Translations under genes and position numbers: made by a program
Shown here: positions 59,930 to 64,000 of the stretch, in pieces
Position numbering within the stretch: position 1 is the first letter of the stretch
Layout: the number at the start of each line of letters is the position of its first letter
Notes under the pieces: model-generated
The model's database searches: none
What the model was told of the DNA's origin: nothing
What the model saw: only the letters and a program-made list of their open reading frames with translations
NCBI GenBank assembly: GCA_009914755.4
Contig: CP068257.2
Span: 35,040,001 to 35,104,000, forward strand
From: the human T2T-CHM13v2.0 reference genome, Homo sapiens
Direction of reading: 5' to 3'
DNA: 64,000 nucleotides

Positions 59930-62037
59930 TCAATATATATTTTCTTAAGCCAACTCTCTTAGTTTTTAGCTTCTGCCACTCCGCACCTGGACAGGCCTTC
60001 CCAGGGCATAGTCATTGCCACCCTGAGGAAAAAAGGAAATGGTCCTGTCCCAAATGGCTGGCTTACCTGTTGCCAGCTTATTTAAACTTTTTAAGGATTA
60101 ACAGGAATGACTCGAAAGAAGAATATTTAGTTTTATTATTTTTCTTAAATGAAATCCTGTAATAAACTTTTCAGGGAGGCGAATGTCCGTCTGGGAGATC
60201 TGTTGAGAAAGTGCCAGGCTTGGGAAGTGGGTGTTAAGTAGAGGGTAGGGAGGATTCCTCTAATAGGATTCTCTCTGTTGCTCTGTTTGCATAATATTGG
60301 AAGGAAACATTCCATGAATAATGTAAAACATAGAACTGTGAGAGCCGTTTTAGGGACAAGATGACTTAGCAGGCCAGAAGTGTAACTTATTCTGAATAAG
60401 AAAGCAACTCGCTCTTCTTAACAAATTGGAAGAACTGGCTCAGAGGAGTGCGATAAATCACTTCACCCCTCCACGACCCCTTGGTCCCAAGTAAAAGCTG
60501 ATGGCCTAGATGCTAATCTGGAACTGCAACTCCCAGAACTTCTCCATTAAGCAGCTGGCTGGGTTGTCCTGTTGCGTGAGGTGGCACCGTCAGGATGGCC
60601 ACTTTGCAGATAATCATGTTGTCTCTCCTCTGATGGAGAGCCACAGGCTCCCAGCGACACCTGCAGCAAGACACACCTAAAAATAACAAGGGGGTGGCTC
60701 GGGACAAGACACACCATGAGCCTCCTTTTGTTATCTTGAGTTACCCTCTCTCCTTCCGGCAGGGTCAAGAAGGAATTCTCCAGACCTACCCAAGATCCTT
60801 CGCCACCCAAGGACGGTTTCCCACATGCTTTGAGTTTCTTCTCAGGCTGGGCACTGGGACTCCCCTTGGTGGTGGAGGAAGTCCTACCACTGCCCCTGGG
60901 CCTCCCCTGAACAATGCTGGGGTACACCGACTCACTGTCCTTGTCTGCCACCCTCAGCACTATTGATTATAGCTCTAAAAATAGGATCCACCCACCACTG
61001 CTCAGAAGGCTGCTCTGCTAGTCATTTCTAGAACATTCTGTGCCACTGTCCATCTTAAGGTGGGTGGGGGCCCAGGTGTTGAGACTCTATCATATCCTCT
61101 CCTGGTGCTTATGTTTGAGAGAACATTCGAAAGATTCTCAAGTTCGGGAATTTGGGCCTCCAGGGACCTCTGTGTAAAAATTGTAACTATGATGGGTATT
61201 TTCCTGGGGCCATCCATTCCTGCAAAGTGACATGGATGTGCTGTCCTCTGTGGGCTGTGTCTGGAAATAGGTAGCGTCGGACTGTTGAGGCAGCAACCCC
61301 AGGACATAATCCCCATATAACGTGGCTCTCTGGAGCAGGCCCAGACCCTCCCGCAGGGCACGCACAGCCCCAGCCACACCCCTGGGCGGGAGCCACAGAA
61401 TTAGCACAGTCATCTCGGACTGGGAGGGCCAGAGACTCATTGCTGGCAATGTGAGAGAGGCCTGGCAGCGCCTGAGGGGCACAGCTCAGAGTCGACGAAG
61501 AAAGGGCCTTTGTCTGAGTTCATGTCCTCCTCGGGCGCAGTGGCGCCCCTGCCGTGGACGGCTGGTCGGCCTCGGAGTGGACAACACTTCCACAGGGAGC
61601 ACTATGTGGACAGGACAGCTGGCCTTCTGGCCACCCAGTCCCCTCAGATCGCCAGCAAGGGAAGGACAGAGACCCTGGCCTGGGTCTGTTTCAAGCCCTC
61701 TTCTGTATGAAGGATGCTGCCCAGGCCAGCAGCGCCGCCCACCTCTGGTGCCCACCTTTTCCACCCTTTGCTTTCTGGTCCTTCCTGCTAAGGGTTCTCT
61801 TGGCTGCAAGCTCAAGCCTCAGTGCCATGGCCTTTTTAGACAGTGTGGGAGACAGTTCAGAGCTCTGAGCTCTGTTGAGAAAAGAAAACTGTTTCTGCGT
61901 TTGGCAAAGGTGTGGGTTGTCAGCAGAGATCAAAGTTCTGTTCCTGGCAGGGTGCGCACCTGTGACACACCTTGCCCCTCCCCCTGCGCCAATCCCAGAG
62001 AGGCGGTGGCATTTCTGACCCTTCCCTTCCACGGCAG

Positions 62038-62146
62038 GTGGAGCTCACGGGCAACAGTATTTATGAATACATCCATCCTTCTGACCACGATGAGATGACC
62101 GCTGTCCTCACGGCCCACCAGCCGCTGCACCACCACCTGCTCCAAG
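62038..62146 (+). CDS. SIM2: SIM2 coding exon 4 (109 nt, phase 0, ending after the first nt of the next codon)
   Basis: Acceptor cccttcccttccacggcag|GTGGAGC; donor CTCCAAG|gtattcc. Translation [36 protein letters not shown](E). HPSDHD and [10 protein letters not shown] are SIM2-specific. Confidence 0.9.
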
Positions 62147-63648
62147 GTATTCCATCCAGAGGGAAAAAAAAAAACAGACTAAAAGCAAGGCGACATTCTT
62201 AAATGGAACTCAGGGCTTTGCTTCCCACATCTGCCAAGTGGCTGGGCATGACTAGGACTGCCCAGCCCAGGTCTCTCCAATACACACACAGCACCCACCA
62301 CGTGGGGATTTGCATTGATACCTGTGTCTTTTAAGCCAATATTCATCAAGCTCCTATTGTTGGCCAGAACCCGTGTTGAGTGCTAGGTAGAGGACAAAAG
62401 TGGTGCAAGCCTGCTCCCCTCGTGCTCTTGGGTCAGAATTCCAGGGATTACAGCATCACGGGTCTAGACCAAGCTTCTCCTTAACCAAGATGCCGTGCCT
62501 AAAACTCGGGGGTCGGGGGTGGTCCATGACATTTCATGGGGAAAATTACATATGTGTTTCCTCCAGTTGAAATTTGGCATTTCCTTTGCTTCTGATGATA
62601 GATGATAAACCATCTCGGGGTCCCTAGTACCTGTGGCTTTGCCAACAATAGAAATCACAGATGTTTTCCATATCATAGGAAAGTTTTGCAGGTTTAAACA
62701 TATCGCTTATGCCCACATGCCTACTTCAAAATTTCAGGAGTTCTAAGACCTGCTACTGAATCTTCTTATTTATGTATTAATAAAGCAGCACATTTATATC
62801 CGTATCACTGTGTTGAAATATTTTGATAATTATTTTCCAATACAGTTGCTTTTTTGGTAATCTTATATATTTTATTTTATGTATTTAAAAATGTTACTCC
62901 AAGTAGGGATCTGTAGGTTTTGTGCTGTGGCACAAATCATTAAGAAGCCCTGGTCATTACACAAATGACTCCTTAAATTTCAATTGCGATGAGTGCTAGG
63001 AAGATACAGAAGGACTTATTCCAGGGGCCCTGGCCTTTTAACTCCCTCCAACCATCCAGTGAGGCCAACAGGCCTCTTGACAAATGGGTCTTGTGTGTGC
63101 TTTGGACTATGGCACCCAGCTTGGCCAGAATACCCCAGTGGAACAAAATGCAAAAGAAGAGGCTTTAAGGGTGATGAGAATGGGGTAGCTGGCTGCAGGA
63201 AAAACATGAGTTGCATTCTTATTGCTGTCTTCTGGGGGTTGGTGGGGAGAGGTCATTCTCGGGCTGGGAAGAGAGAATACAAAATAGCACACACAGTTGT
63301 AAAATCCCTTGCAGACAGTTCTGTGGCCCGCAAGTTCCAGCTCCAGAAATAGTCACTGGAGTCTAATTATTCCTTACCAAGGAGAGAGCCTGGCATGTTG
63401 GTTTCTGAAATGAGATGGGGCACCTAGTTGTAGCTAAGGTCTGATTCTTGGATATGATATGTCTGCAGACATCAACATGAATCATGGCTCTGAAGAGGTA
63501 ATTTCTAAAAAATGAGGGCTAGGCTAGAACATCGCACCTGAATCGAATTCTTTCACTGTGGGGTTGTTTAAAGCTGGACAAAGACAACAGGTGTCAGAGA
63601 ATTGCAGAACATAGTGCTGTTACTGTTTTTGAAAATTGCACAGTACGG

Positions 63649-63952
63649 TTTTTTGTTTTGTTTTGTTTTTTGGAGTTGGAGTTTCATTCTTGTTACCCAG
63701 GCAAGGAGTGCAGTGGTGTGATCTCGGCTCACTGCAACCTCCACCACCTGGGTTCAAGCGATTCTCCTGCCTCAGCCCTCCCAAGTAGCTGGGATTACAG
63801 GTGCCTGCCACCACGCCTGGCTAATTTTTTTGTATTTTTATTAGAGACAGGGTTTTGCCATGCTGGTCAGACTGGTCTCGAACCTCAGGCGATCTGCCCA
63901 CCTCAGCCTCCCAAAGTGCTGGGATTACAGGCGTGAGCCACCGTGCCTGGCC
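63649..63952 (-). mobile_element. Alu SINE with a 15-bp TSD (gaaaattgcacagta)
   Basis: ttttttgttttgttttgttttttggagttggagtttcattcttgttacccaggcaaggagtgcagtggtgtg...ggcgtgagccaccgtgcctggcc. The flanks repeat gaaaattgcacagta. Confidence 0.95.
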
Positions 63953-64000
63953 TGAAAATTGCACAGTATGTTAACTGTATGGGACTGGGCTTTCTCCCCC

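Overview
This window is primate, almost certainly human, genomic DNA. It is not a prokaryotic or accessory region, and it holds no novel multi-gene system: no operons, CRISPR arrays, tRNAs or rRNAs are present. The identifiable gene is the 5' part of SIM2 (single-minded homolog 2, chr21q22.13, + strand). From that point on, coordinates quoted without a kb unit are in kilobases (e.g. 41.5 = position 41500). The translation start is at 41934. Exon 1 encodes [58 protein letters not shown], which is the bHLH region. Coding exons 2 to 4 follow at 51386-51468, 54752-54841 and 62038-62146, all with canonical GT/AG splice sites. Together they give the SIM2 N-terminus through ...[10 protein letters not shown].

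The first ~34 kb is Alu-dense intergenic sequence. It contains about 30 Alu copies, two THE1/MST-type MaLR LTRs, other old LTR-like fragments, an L1 3' end, and several long microsatellites, some of which grew from Alu poly-A tails.

From ~34.1 kb to ~52 kb lies an ~18 kb CpG-island domain. It is free of transposons and surrounds the SIM2 promoter, exon 1 and exon 2. Embedded in it are AT-rich blocks that look like conserved non-coding elements and keep their CpGs. It also holds a (TG/CG)n Z-DNA-type tract and a ~385 bp polypyrimidine (CT-rich) tract immediately downstream of the exon 1 donor.

Introns 2 and 3 contain three further Alus and a MADE1 mariner MITE. The many long ORFs in the GC-rich domain overlap on both strands and have Pro/Arg/Ala/Gly-rich low-complexity translations, so I treat them as compositional artefacts.
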